Assembly: GCF_044597695.1 (NCBI RefSeq) | Contig: NZ_CP139002.1 | Span: 2,065,805-2,089,804 of the forward strand | DNA: 24,000 nt | DNA from: Frigoribacterium sp. R86507 | GTDB taxonomy: Bacteria > Actinomycetota > Actinomycetes > Actinomycetales > Microbacteriaceae | Direction: 5' to 3' | Part shown: piece after piece, positions 1 through 13,214 of the stretch | How the letters are laid out: every line of letters begins with the position of its first letter | Position numbering within the stretch: the first letter of the stretch is position 1 | Position numbers and translations under genes: made by a program | Notes under the pieces: model-generated | The model's input: only the letters and a program-made list of their open reading frames with translations | Database searches by the model: none | What the model was told of the DNA's origin: nothing

Positions 1-111
1 GCGGATGACCTGGACGTCGACGAGGGTCGCGCGTCGTTGGGCGTCGACCTCGACGACCCCGACCCCGCACCGGGTGAGCCCGGGGTCGATGCCGAGCACC
101 CGGAGCGTCAC
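1..111 (-). CDS. ruvC: Holliday junction resolvase RuvC, N-terminal fragment (continues beyond the window start)
   Basis: The reverse complement of 1..111 reads GTG ACG CTC CGG GTG CTC GGC ATC GAC CCC GGG CTC ACC CGG TGC GGG, i.e. (M)[21 protein letters not shown]. This is the canonical RuvC N-terminus (VLGIDPG..T.CG). It lies 9 nt downstream of the yebC stop, which matches the usual yebC-ruvC order. It is absent from the ORF track because it is truncated. The start (GTG at 111 or GTG at 99) is uncertain. Confidence 0.6.
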   Translation of the reverse strand, partial: MTLRVLGIDPGLTRCGVGVVEVDAQRRATLVDVQVIR

Positions 112-120
112 CGAGGCGAC

Positions 121-882
121 CTATTCTTCGTCGTCGAGCGCGGCCTGCACGTCGGCGGGGACGTCGTGGTTCGCGTAGACGTTCTGCACGTCGTCGTCGT
201 CGTCGAGGGCGTCGATGAGCCGGAACACCTTGCGGGCCGTCTCGAGGTCGACCTCGATCTTGAGCCCGGGAACGAACTCGATGTCGGCCGAGTCGTAGTC
301 GATGCCGGCGTCCTGCAGGGCCGAGCGGGCCGGGACCAGGTCGGACGCCTCGGTCACGATCTCGAAGCCCTCACCGCGGTCGGTGACCTCTTCGGCCCCG
401 GCGTCGAGGACGGCCGTGAGGACGTCGTCCTCGGTGAGGTCGTCGGTCTTCATGACGGCGATGACGCCCTTGCGGCTGAAGTTGTAGGCCACACTGCCGG
501 GGTCGGCCATGGTGCCGCCGTTGCGGGACATCACCGTGCGGACGTTGGCGGCCGCGCGGTTCTTGTTGTCGGTGAGGCACTCGATCAACAGAGCCACGCC
601 GTTCGGACCGTAGCCCTCGTACATGATGGTCTGGTAGTCGACGCTCTCGCCGCTGAGACCCGCGCCGCGCTTGATGGCGCGGTCGATGTTGTCGTTGGGG
701 ACCGAGGTCTTCTTGGCCTTCTGGACGGCGTCGACCAGCGTGGGGTTGCCGGACATGTCGGCACCGCCCTGCTTGGCCGCGACCTCGATGTTCTTGATGA
801 GCTTGGCGAACGACTTGGCACGGCGGCTGTCGATGACGGCCTTCTTGTGCTTGGTCGTTGCCCACTTGGAATGCCCGGACAC
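121..882 (-). CDS. yebC: YebC/PmpR family DNA-binding transcriptional regulator
   Basis: The 253-aa ORF begins (M)[39 protein letters not shown], the hallmark YebC/TACO1 N-terminus. It has an acidic C-terminal tail. The start is GTG, preceded by AAGGAG. Confidence 0.9.
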   Translation of the reverse strand: MSGHSKWATTKHKKAVIDSRRAKSFAKLIKNIEVAAKQGGADMSGNPTLVDAVQKAKKTSVPNDNIDRAIKRGAGLSGESVDYQTIMYEGYGPNGVALLIECLTDNKNRAAANVRTVMSRNGGTMADPGSVAYNFSRKGVIAVMKTDDLTEDDVLTAVLDAGAEEVTDRGEGFEIVTEASDLVPARSALQDAGIDYDSADIEFVPGLKIEVDLETARKVFRLIDALDDDDDVQNVYANHDVPADVQAALDDEE

Positions 883-919
883 GGTGCTCCTTCAGATGCT
901 GACGTGGATCGCGACGAGT

Positions 920-1528
920 CTACCGCGACGCCCGCGCACGGGCCTTGTCGAGGAACCGCGCGTGGAACCGGAGGTCGTCGGTGACCTCGGGGTGGAACGA
1001 GGTGCCCATCAAGGGGCCCTGCTCGACGGCGACGACCCGGCCGTCGTCGAGGACGCCGATGGCCGTCGCGGCCGGCCCGACCTGGTCGACCACCGGGGCT
1101 CGGATGAACACGGCGTGCACCGGCGGACCGTCGAGCACGGGGACGTCGACGTCGGTCTCGAACGAGTCGGTCTGCGAGCCGAAGGCGTTGCGCCGCACCG
1201 AGACGTCCAGGCCCCCGAGGCTCCGCTGCCCCGGGATGCCGTCGACGATGCGGTCGGCGAGCATGATGAGGCCGGCACAGGTGCCGTAGACGGGCAACCC
1301 CGACCCGATGGCACGCCGGAGCGGCTCGTCGAGGTCGAACATGCGCGACAGCTTGTCCATCACGCTGGATTCGCCACCCGGGATCACCAGGCCGTCGATC
1401 TCGTCGAGCTCGGACGCGCGGCGGACGGGTACGGCCTCGGCCCCGAGCGAGGTGAGGACGCCCAGGTGCTCACGGAAGTCACCCTGCAGGGCCAGGACGC
1501 CGACCCGAGGCGTTCGTGCGGTGGTCAT
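920..1528 (-). CDS. pdxT: Pyridoxal 5'-phosphate synthase, glutaminase subunit PdxT
   Basis: The internal start MTTARTPRVGVLALQGDFREHL lies at ATG 1528 inside the longer ORF 920..1744. The upstream part of that ORF is Ser/Pro/Arg-rich junk overlapping pdxS. Class I amidotransferase motifs are present (GLVIPGGESS, GTCAGLIML, FHPE). The gene sits directly downstream of pdxS. Confidence 0.9.
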   Translation of the reverse strand: MTTARTPRVGVLALQGDFREHLGVLTSLGAEAVPVRRASELDEIDGLVIPGGESSVMDKLSRMFDLDEPLRRAIGSGLPVYGTCAGLIMLADRIVDGIPGQRSLGGLDVSVRRNAFGSQTDSFETDVDVPVLDGPPVHAVFIRAPVVDQVGPAATAIGVLDDGRVVAVEQGPLMGTSFHPEVTDDLRFHARFLDKARARASR

Positions 1529-1550
1529 CACCGACGATCGACCCCTGCGG

Positions 1551-2465
1551 TCACCAGCCGCGCTCGGCGAGGCGGTGGGGTGCGGGCAGGTCGGGGACGT
1601 TGATGCCGACCATCGCCTCGCCGAGACCGCGCGAGGCATCGGCCACGACCTGGGGGTCGTCGAAGAAGGTGGTGGCCTTGACGATCGCCTTGGCACGGTC
1701 GGCTGGGTTGCCCGACTTGAAGATGCCCGAACCGACGAAGACACCGTCGGCGCCGAGCTGCATCATGAGCGCCGCGTCTGCCGGCGTCGCGACGCCACCG
1801 GCGGTGAAGAGGACGACGGGCAGCTTGCCGGTCTCGGCGATCTCTTTCACGAGCTCGAACGGAGCCTGCAGCTCTTTGGCGGCGACGTAGAGCTCGTCGG
1901 CCTTGAGGCCCCGCAGCTGGGCGATCTCTTTTGAGATCGTGCGGATGTGCTTGGTCGCCTCGGACACGTCACCCGTGCCGGCTTCGCCCTTGGAACGGAT
2001 CATGGCCGCACCTTCGGTGATGCGGCGCAGCGCCTCGCCCAGGTTGGTGGCCCCGCAGACGAAGGGGACGGTGAAGTTCCACTTGTCGATGTGGTTGACG
2101 TAGTCGGCCGGGCTGAGGACCTCGGACTCGTCGATGTAGTCGACGCCGAGCGTCTGCAGGATCTGCGCCTCGACGAAGTGGCCGATGCGGGCCTTGGCCA
2201 TGACGGGGATCGACACGGCGGCGACGATCTCGTCGATCATGTCGGGGTCGCTCATGCGGGCGACCCCGCCCTGCGACCGGATGTCGGCGGGGACGCGCTC
2301 GAGGGCCATGACGGCGACCGCTCCGGCGTCTTCGGCGATCTTCGCCTGCTCCACGTTGACGACGTCCATGATGACGCCGCCCTTGAGCATCTCGGCGAGA
2401 CCGCGCTTGACGCGGCTCGAACCGGTGGTGGAGGACTGGCTGGAGGCAGGGGTCGTGTCGCTCAT
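1551..2465 (-). CDS. pdxS: Pyridoxal 5'-phosphate synthase, lyase subunit PdxS
   Basis: The real start is MSDTTPASS.. at ATG 2465 inside ORF 1551..3191. The sequence is strongly PdxS-like: [45 protein letters not shown]...[30 protein letters not shown]. It ends in ..LAERGW. Confidence 0.93.
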   Translation of the reverse strand: MSDTTPASSQSSTTGSSRVKRGLAEMLKGGVIMDVVNVEQAKIAEDAGAVAVMALERVPADIRSQGGVARMSDPDMIDEIVAAVSIPVMAKARIGHFVEAQILQTLGVDYIDESEVLSPADYVNHIDKWNFTVPFVCGATNLGEALRRITEGAAMIRSKGEAGTGDVSEATKHIRTISKEIAQLRGLKADELYVAAKELQAPFELVKEIAETGKLPVVLFTAGGVATPADAALMMQLGADGVFVGSGIFKSGNPADRAKAIVKATTFFDDPQVVADASRGLGEAMVGINVPDLPAPHRLAERGW

Positions 2466-2488
2466 GATGGCCCCTATCTTAGGCCCGA

Positions 2489-3073
2489 TCAGCGGTCGGG
2501 TGACGCCGCCGGGACAGGACCGGCGCCTCCGGTCGGCCAGGCCTCGGCGACCGCGACGCGGACGTCGCCCAGCAACTGCGTGACGGCCTTCGTCTGCGCG
2601 ATGATCGGGAAGAAGTTCGAGTCGCCGCCGTAGCGTGGCACCACGTGCTGGTGCAGGTGGGCGGCGATGCCGGCTCCGCCGACCTGCCCCTGGTTCATGC
2701 CGATGTTGAAACCCTGCGCGTGCGACACCAGGGTGAGGACCCGCATGGCTGTCTGGGTCAGCGACGCGATCTCGGCCACCTCGTCGGTGGTCGCGAGGTC
2801 GTAGGTCGAGACGTGCCGGTACGGGCAGACCAACAGGTGGCCGGGGTTGTAGGGGTAGAGGTTGAGCAGCACGTAGGCGTGTTCGCCCCTCGCCACGATG
2901 AGGGCCTCGTCGTCGGACCTCGACGGCGCACTGCAGAACGGGCAGGAGTCGTCGTGGGCGTCCTGGCCCGCCTCGACGTAGACGGCGCGGTGGGGCGTCC
3001 AGAGTCGCTGGAAGGCGTCGGGGACCGCGGCGAAGTCGGAGGAGGACTCGGCCGTGGTCCCGTCGGCGCCCAC
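2489..3073 (-). CDS. HIT-family nucleotide hydrolase/phosphorylase (Ap4A-phosphorylase-like)
   Basis: The 194-aa ORF carries the histidine triad [11 protein letters not shown] followed by GGDSNFFP. The GTG start is 2 nt after the thrS stop (TGAACGTG). From memory, the same thrS-HIT pairing occurs in mycobacteria (Rv2614c/Rv2613c). Confidence 0.8.
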   Translation of the reverse strand: MGADGTTAESSSDFAAVPDAFQRLWTPHRAVYVEAGQDAHDDSCPFCSAPSRSDDEALIVARGEHAYVLLNLYPYNPGHLLVCPYRHVSTYDLATTDEVAEIASLTQTAMRVLTLVSHAQGFNIGMNQGQVGGAGIAAHLHQHVVPRYGGDSNFFPIIAQTKAVTQLLGDVRVAVAEAWPTGGAGPVPAASPDR

Positions 3074-3075
3074 GT

Positions 3076-5106
<2,031 letters not shown>

Positions 5107-5206
5107 GGCGGTGGTTCCTATCGTCGAGGGGCGGGGACCACTTTAGCCGTCGACCGACCATCGTCCGGCCGGGACCGCCCCGACGGACGACGCGGCCGCG
5201 GACGGT

Positions 5207-8409
<3,203 letters not shown>

Positions 8410-8484
8410 GCGTCCGCCGGAGAGACGACCCGCGCCTCCTGGTCCGGTGGACGAGGAGGCGCGGGTCGTCTCGCGAGCGGACGC
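8410..8484. terminator. Nested bidirectional hairpin between convergent genes
   Basis: The inner arms are 8422-8440 GAGACGACCCGCGCCTCCT and 8454-8472 AGGAGGCGCGGGTCGTCTC. The outer arms are 8410-8417 GCGTCCGC and 8477-8484 GCGGACGC. The structure lies exactly between the MetE-like stop (8409) and the ABC ATPase stop (8489). There is no U-tract. Confidence 0.5.
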
Positions 8485-8488
8485 CCCG

Positions 8489-9292
8489 TCAGTCGTCGAG
8501 CGGCTTCAGCACCCGCCGCAGGAACTGCTGCGTGCGGGGCTCGCGCGGGCGGGACAGCACGTCGGCGGGACGGCCCCGCTCGACGACGACGCCAGCGTCC
8601 ATGAAGATCAGCTCGTCGGCCACCCGGCGGGCGAACTCGAGCTCGTGGGTGACGACGATCATCGTCCAGCCCTCGTCGGCGAGTTCTTTGACGACCGTGA
8701 GGACGTCGCCGACCAGTTCGGGGTCGAGGGCCGAGGTCGGCTCGTCGAAGAGCAGCAGTTCGGGCCGCAGCGCGAGCGCGCGCACGATGCCGACGCGCTG
8801 CTGCTGGCCGCCCGAGAGCTCGGACGGGTAGGCGTCGGCCTTCTCGGCGAGGCCCACCCGCGCGAGGAGCGTCTCGGCCTCGGCCCGCGCCTCCTTCGGA
8901 TCGCGTCCCTGGACGCGCACCGGGCCCTCGACGACGTTCTGCAGCACCGTGAGGTGCGGGAACAGGTTGAAGTGCTGGAACACCATCGACGACCGGTCGC
9001 GCAGGGCGAGCAGGTCGCGCTTGCCGACCTTGGCCCCGAAGTTGATCGACCGACCGTCGGAGAGCGTGACGATTCCCCCGTCGGGCACCTCGAGGCTGTT
9101 GAGCGACCGCAGCACGGTCGTCTTGCCCGACCCCGAGGGGCCGATGATCGCGACGACGCGTCCACGCCGCACCTCGAGGTCGATACCGCGCAGCACCTCG
9201 TTCGCGCCGAACGCCTTGTGCAGGCCGCGGACGGTCAGCACGGGGGCACCGGTCGCCCCGGAGGGCCGTGGCGGGGTGACGTCAGCGGGCAA
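8489..9292 (-). CDS. Polar amino acid ABC transporter, ATP-binding protein (TcyC/GlnQ-like)
   Basis: The ORF has Walker A GPSGSGKTT, the ABC signature LSGGQQQRV, Walker B LLLFDEPTSALD and the H-loop VVTHE. The ORF-track start (TTG 9292) overlaps the permease stop by 11 nt. The start is uncertain. Confidence 0.9.
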   Translation of the reverse strand: MPADVTPPRPSGATGAPVLTVRGLHKAFGANEVLRGIDLEVRRGRVVAIIGPSGSGKTTVLRSLNSLEVPDGGIVTLSDGRSINFGAKVGKRDLLALRDRSSMVFQHFNLFPHLTVLQNVVEGPVRVQGRDPKEARAEAETLLARVGLAEKADAYPSELSGGQQQRVGIVRALALRPELLLFDEPTSALDPELVGDVLTVVKELADEGWTMIVVTHELEFARRVADELIFMDAGVVVERGRPADVLSRPREPRTQQFLRRVLKPLDD

Positions 9293-9947
9293 CGTGGCGG
9301 TCCAATCTCTTCTCGAGGGCGTCCTGCCCGAACGACAGGATCAGGCAGATCACCCAGTAGACCAGGGCGGCCTCGAGGTAGATGAGCAGGAACTGGTTCG
9401 AGACGGTCGCGATCTGCTGCGCCTGACGGAAGAGCTCGACGACGAGGATGACGCTCGCCAACGAGGTGTCCTTGACCAGGCTGATGAACGTGTTCGACAG
9501 AGGTGGCACCGAGACCCGGGCCGCCTGCGGCAGGATGATCCGCCGGAGGGCGAGCCCCCGCGACATGCCGATCGTATGGGCGGCCTCCCATTGACCCTTG
9601 GGCACCGAGAGGATCGCGGCCCGGATGACCTCGGCGGCGTACCCGCCGACGTTCAACGAGAACGCGATGATCGCGCTCGGCCAGGGATCGAGCCGGACGC
9701 CGATCGACGGCAGGCCGTAGAAGACGACGAAGAGCTGCACGAGCAGGGGCGTGCCCCGGATGATCGAGATGTACACCCGGGCGATGCCCGCGAGCACCGT
9801 CTTGCCCGACAGCCGCATGAGGGCGATGACGACGGCGATGACCAGCCCGATCGCCATCGATGCGAAGGCGAGCGGGATCGACGCCACGAGCGCCCCCGAC
9901 ACGATCGGCCAGAGCGACCGCCAAAAGAGGTCGAGGGAGGACTGCAC
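9282..9947 (-). CDS. Polar amino acid ABC transporter permease (His/Glu/Gln/Arg/opine family)
   Basis: The 221-aa hydrophobic ORF carries the EAA-type loop (WEAAHTIGMSRGLALRRIILPQA) and the RGTPLLVQLF motif typical of this permease family. The GTG start is 2 nt after the binding-protein stop. Confidence 0.85.
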   Translation of the reverse strand: MQSSLDLFWRSLWPIVSGALVASIPLAFASMAIGLVIAVVIALMRLSGKTVLAGIARVYISIIRGTPLLVQLFVVFYGLPSIGVRLDPWPSAIIAFSLNVGGYAAEVIRAAILSVPKGQWEAAHTIGMSRGLALRRIILPQAARVSVPPLSNTFISLVKDTSLASVILVVELFRQAQQIATVSNQFLLIYLEAALVYWVICLILSFGQDALEKRLDRHVAR

Positions 9948-9949
9948 GC

Positions 9950-10810
9950 CTACTCGCTGACGTCCTGGCCGAAGTACTTCTCGCTGATGGTCGCCAGCGT
10001 GCCGTCGGCCTTCAGCTCGGCGAGGGCGTCGTCGATCGCCGTCACGAGGTCGTCGCTGCCCTTGGTGGTGACCAGGGCCGAACGCGACACGTCGTCGGTG
10101 GTCGCCGCGATCTTGATGCCGGCGGCCTGGTCCGGGTTGGTCTTGACGTAGTCGAGGAAGGTCAGCTCGTCGTTGACCGTCGCGTCGATGCGGCCCTGCT
10201 CGAGGAGTGCGACCGACTGGGCCCAGCCCTCGACGACCTGCACGTCGGCGCCCGCGTCCTTGGCGGTCGTGTAGAAGTTGCTCGACTGTGACTGGGCCGT
10301 CGTCTTGCCCTTCAGGTCGGCGAGCGAGGTGATGTCGGTGTTGTCGGCGGGCGTGATCACGACACCGCGGCTGACCGTGTAGGGCGTCGAGAAGTCGTAC
10401 GTCGCCTCGCGCTCGTCGGTGATCGAGATCTGGTTGGCGACGAGGTCGAAGCGGCCGGCGGTGAGCCCGGCGAGCAGGGCGTCGAACTGCGTCTCTTCGA
10501 AGGTCGGGGTGACGCCGAGCTTCTCGGCGACGGCCGTGGCGACGTCGACGTCGTAGCCGGTCAGCGCGCCGGCCCCGCCCTCGTGGTACGTGAAGGGCTG
10601 GTAGGTGCCCTCGGTGCCGATGACGATCTCGCCGGCCGCCTGGATGTCGGACAGGCTCTTCGCCGCGCTCGTGTCGGCGGTCGCGCTGCCGGTGGACTGG
10701 ACGACCCCGTCGGTGGAGGCGGGCGCGCAGGCGGCCAGGGCGACGGCGGCGGCGGCGATGACGCCGACGGAGGCGAGGCGGCGGACGGTGCGGACGGCGG
10801 TGATCTTCAC
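9950..10810 (-). CDS. Amino acid ABC transporter substrate-binding lipoprotein, TcyA/YckK (L-cystine)-like
   Basis: The N-terminal signal ends in a lipobox (VALAAC). The mature part (IVIGTEGTYQPFTYHE..LTGYDVDV..ETQFDALLAGL.AGRFDLVANQISITDER...YDFS.PYT...DGTLATISEKYFGQDVS) reads like the Bacillus TcyA/YckK cystine-binding family as I remember it. The start is GTG with AAGGAA upstream. Confidence 0.8.
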   Translation of the reverse strand: MKITAVRTVRRLASVGVIAAAAVALAACAPASTDGVVQSTGSATADTSAAKSLSDIQAAGEIVIGTEGTYQPFTYHEGGAGALTGYDVDVATAVAEKLGVTPTFEETQFDALLAGLTAGRFDLVANQISITDEREATYDFSTPYTVSRGVVITPADNTDITSLADLKGKTTAQSQSSNFYTTAKDAGADVQVVEGWAQSVALLEQGRIDATVNDELTFLDYVKTNPDQAAGIKIAATTDDVSRSALVTTKGSDDLVTAIDDALAELKADGTLATISEKYFGQDVSE

Positions 10811-10937
10811 GAGGGTTCCTTTGCTGCGGCTCGGGGGTCGGACGAGCCTCCCGACACTAACGCTGCGGGGGCGGGCGTGATTCCCGATGACTTCGCGTGA
10901 CGTGACGCCTCCGGCGCCGGCCGATGCGACGCAGGCG

Positions 10938-11684
10938 TCATCGTCGCGCGATCGCCTCCGCCACCGAGGGCGCGCCGTCGAGGCGCACGTGCCGGTGGGC
11001 CACGTCGTCGGCCGAGACGGCGACGGTGCTGAGCGACAACGAGTGGAAGAGGTGCCCGTCCACGAGGTCGGCCCGTACGAGCGCGTCGTCGTCGTCCGCC
11101 GGCAGGGCGCTGCTCTCGCGCAGCAGGTCGAGCCACGGCGTCCAGCTGCCCTCGCCCTCGGTCGCCGGCGGCAGCGGACCGGTCGGAGGCGCGACGTCGC
11201 GGAACCGAGGGAGCCAGCGGTCGACCCGGGGCACGGACCGGTCGTCGGGGGCGGCGTGCGTCAACAGGTGCACCCCGGGGGCGAGACGGGCCGTCTCGGT
11301 GACGGCGCCGTCCCACACGGAGTGCACCGCGCCTCCTGCGTCCGCGGTGAGCAGGTTGAAGGTGCGGGTCGTCTGCGGCCCGTCGGGCAGGACGCCGTCG
11401 GCGGCCGCCCTCAGGGGCAGGGCACCGCGGGTGGTCCACCCGCCGGGCGGCGGTGCGGGCGTCTCGTGACGGTTCAGCACGACGCTCGCGCGACTCGGCC
11501 CCCGGGCGGTCGCCAACCACGCGCCGCCCGCCTCACGGTCGTGCACCCCGGACACCCGCTCGCCGAGGTCGGGCCACCAGGGACCCGGCTCGTCCCAGGG
11601 GCGGTCGGGCGACTCGTCACGGAGTCCCAGGAAGACGACGGGCCAGGGCGCGCCCGGTCGGACGGCGACGACGACGGTGCACAT
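10938..11684 (-). CDS. NRDE family protein (TANGO2 / DUF833 homologue)
   Basis: The 248-aa ORF starts MCTVVVAV (Met-Cys N-terminus, a putative Ntn-type nucleophile). It carries the family-defining motif as FLGLRDESPDRPW (an NRDE variant, LRDE). The start is ATG with GAGGA upstream. Confidence 0.7.
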   Translation of the reverse strand: MCTVVVAVRPGAPWPVVFLGLRDESPDRPWDEPGPWWPDLGERVSGVHDREAGGAWLATARGPSRASVVLNRHETPAPPPGGWTTRGALPLRAAADGVLPDGPQTTRTFNLLTADAGGAVHSVWDGAVTETARLAPGVHLLTHAAPDDRSVPRVDRWLPRFRDVAPPTGPLPPATEGEGSWTPWLDLLRESSALPADDDDALVRADLVDGHLFHSLSLSTVAVSADDVAHRHVRLDGAPSVAEAIARR

Positions 11685-11813
11685 GGGGTCCTCACGGTGG
11701 GGGCTCGTCGGGTCGGGGCCGACGCTCGGCCGCGGGATGCGGCATCGTGGGGGGCAACGCTACCGACCCGGCACCGGGTCGGCCGACCGACGCATCGATC
11801 GACGAGGCCCACC

Positions 11814-13214
11814 GTGACGCACGACCACCCCCGCTCCTCCCCCGCCGACGCCTCGCGTCGCCTGTCCGTCGTCGTCGGCGTCTCGGGTGGCATCGCGGCG
11901 TACAAGGCCGTCGGGGTCGTCCGCGGCCTCGTGCTGCGCGGGCACGACGTCCACGTCGTCCCGACCGAGGCCGCCCTGCGCTTCGTCGGGACGCCGACCT
12001 GGGAGGCCACGAGCCGCAACCCCGTGCACACGTCCGTCTTCGACGACGTCGCCGAGGTGCGGCACGTGGCCCTGGGACAACGGGCCGACCTGATCGTCGT
12101 GGCGCCCGCGACCGCGCACACCCTGGCGAAGGTCGCGCACGGGCTGTCCGACGACCTGCTCGGCACGACGATCCTCGCGAGCACCGCACCGCTCGTCGTC
12201 GCACCCGCCATGCACAGCGAGATGTGGCTGAATCCGGCCACGATCGCGAACGTCGACCTGCTGAGGTCGCGCGGGGTGACCGTCGTCGGGCCCGACGACG
12301 GGCCGCTGACCGGCGGCGACGTGGGGCCCGGCCGGCTCAGCGAGCCCGACGAGATCGTCGCCGCGGCACTCGCCCGCGTGACCGGCCCGGCCGGCGTCGC
12401 TGCCTCCCCCGCCGCCGTCCCCGGTGCTCGGGACCAGGACGCGAAGGCTCAGGAGGCGCGGGCCGGCGACCTGGACGGCTTGCGGCTGGTCGTCTCGGCC
12501 GGTGGCACCCGCGAGCCCCTCGATCCGGTGCGGTTCGTCGGCAACCGGTCGAGCGGCACCCAGGGAGCGGCGCTCGCCCTCGGGGCGGCCCGACGCGGGG
12601 CCCGCGTCACCGTCGTCGCCGCCGCGCTCGACGGAGCCGTGCGGCAGACGATCGAGACCGACGCCGCGGTCGACGTCGTCGAGGTCGGCACCGCGCTCGA
12701 GCTCGAGGCCGCGATGGCCGAGCACGCCCCCGCAGCGGACGTCGTCATCATGGCGGCCGCGGTCGCCGACTACCGGCCCCTCGCGGTGGCGGACGGCAAG
12801 ATCCGCAAGGACGACTCGGGCGACGAGCTGACCGTCCGCCTCGTGCGGACCCCGGACGTCCTGGCGGGCCTCGTCGTCCGTCGTCCCGCGGGTCAGGTGG
12901 TCGTCGGCTTCGCGGCCGAGACGGCGGCCGACCGCGACGAACTGCTGTCGCTCGGGCGCGCCAAGCAGCGACGGAAGGGGGCGGACCTCCTCGTGCTCAA
13001 CTCCGTGGGGTGGACGACCGGTTTCGGCAGCGACGACACGGCTGTCGTCGTGATCGACGCCGACGGTGACGTGGTGTCCGAGGCCGAGGGATCGAAGGCC
13101 ACCGTGGCGGAGACCGTGCTCGACGCGGTCGCCTCACGTCTCGCGGAGAGGCGCGGGTCGGGTGGTGGCACCGCTCCGGCGCTCCCCGAGGCCTCGACGG
13201 GAGCCGGCGCATGA
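11814..13214 (+). CDS. coaBC: Bifunctional phosphopantothenoylcysteine decarboxylase / phosphopantothenate--cysteine ligase
   Basis: The real start is taken as GTG 11814 (VTHDHPRS..) inside the long ORF 10887..13214. The upstream part of that ORF is antisense to the NRDE gene. The CoaC flavoprotein part reads VVVGVSGGIAAYKAV...VVAPATAHTLAKVAHGLSDDLL...APAMHSEMW. The CoaB part reads LVVSAGGTREPLDPVRFVGNRSSGTQG...AAAVADYRP...KIRK. Confidence 0.9.
   Translation: MTHDHPRSSPADASRRLSVVVGVSGGIAAYKAVGVVRGLVLRGHDVHVVPTEAALRFVGTPTWEATSRNPVHTSVFDDVAEVRHVALGQRADLIVVAPATAHTLAKVAHGLSDDLLGTTILASTAPLVVAPAMHSEMWLNPATIANVDLLRSRGVTVVGPDDGPLTGGDVGPGRLSEPDEIVAAALARVTGPAGVAASPAAVPGARDQDAKAQEARAGDLDGLRLVVSAGGTREPLDPVRFVGNRSSGTQGAALALGAARRGARVTVVAAALDGAVRQTIETDAAVDVVEVGTALELEAAMAEHAPAADVVIMAAAVADYRPLAVADGKIRKDDSGDELTVRLVRTPDVLAGLVVRRPAGQVVVGFAAETAADRDELLSLGRAKQRRKGADLLVLNSVGWTTGFGSDDTAVVVIDADGDVVSEAEGSKATVAETVLDAVASRLAERRGSGGGTAPALPEASTGAGA

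Noticed and set aside
37-984. Long plus-strand ORF (315 aa) covering the yebC region. Similar long antisense ORFs occur at 3460..4554 (+), 5812..7026 (+), 6978..8831 (+), 10807..11520 (-), 11453..13069 (+), 13837..14709 (-), 15435..17396 (-), 17307..18920 (+), 19151..20398 (+) and 20044..21294 (-).
   Set aside because: Their translations are Arg/Gly/Pro/Asp/Val-rich low-information sequence with no recognisable motifs. Each lies antisense or out of frame to a gene with clear family signatures. This is the expected stop-codon-poor artefact of very high GC content.
5107-5206. Possible T-box or other leader upstream of thrS.
   Set aside because: The gap between the sufU stop and the thrS start is only 100 nt. 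That is too short for a T-box (specifier loop plus antiterminator), and I saw no T-box consensus. thrS may simply be co-transcribed with sufSU.
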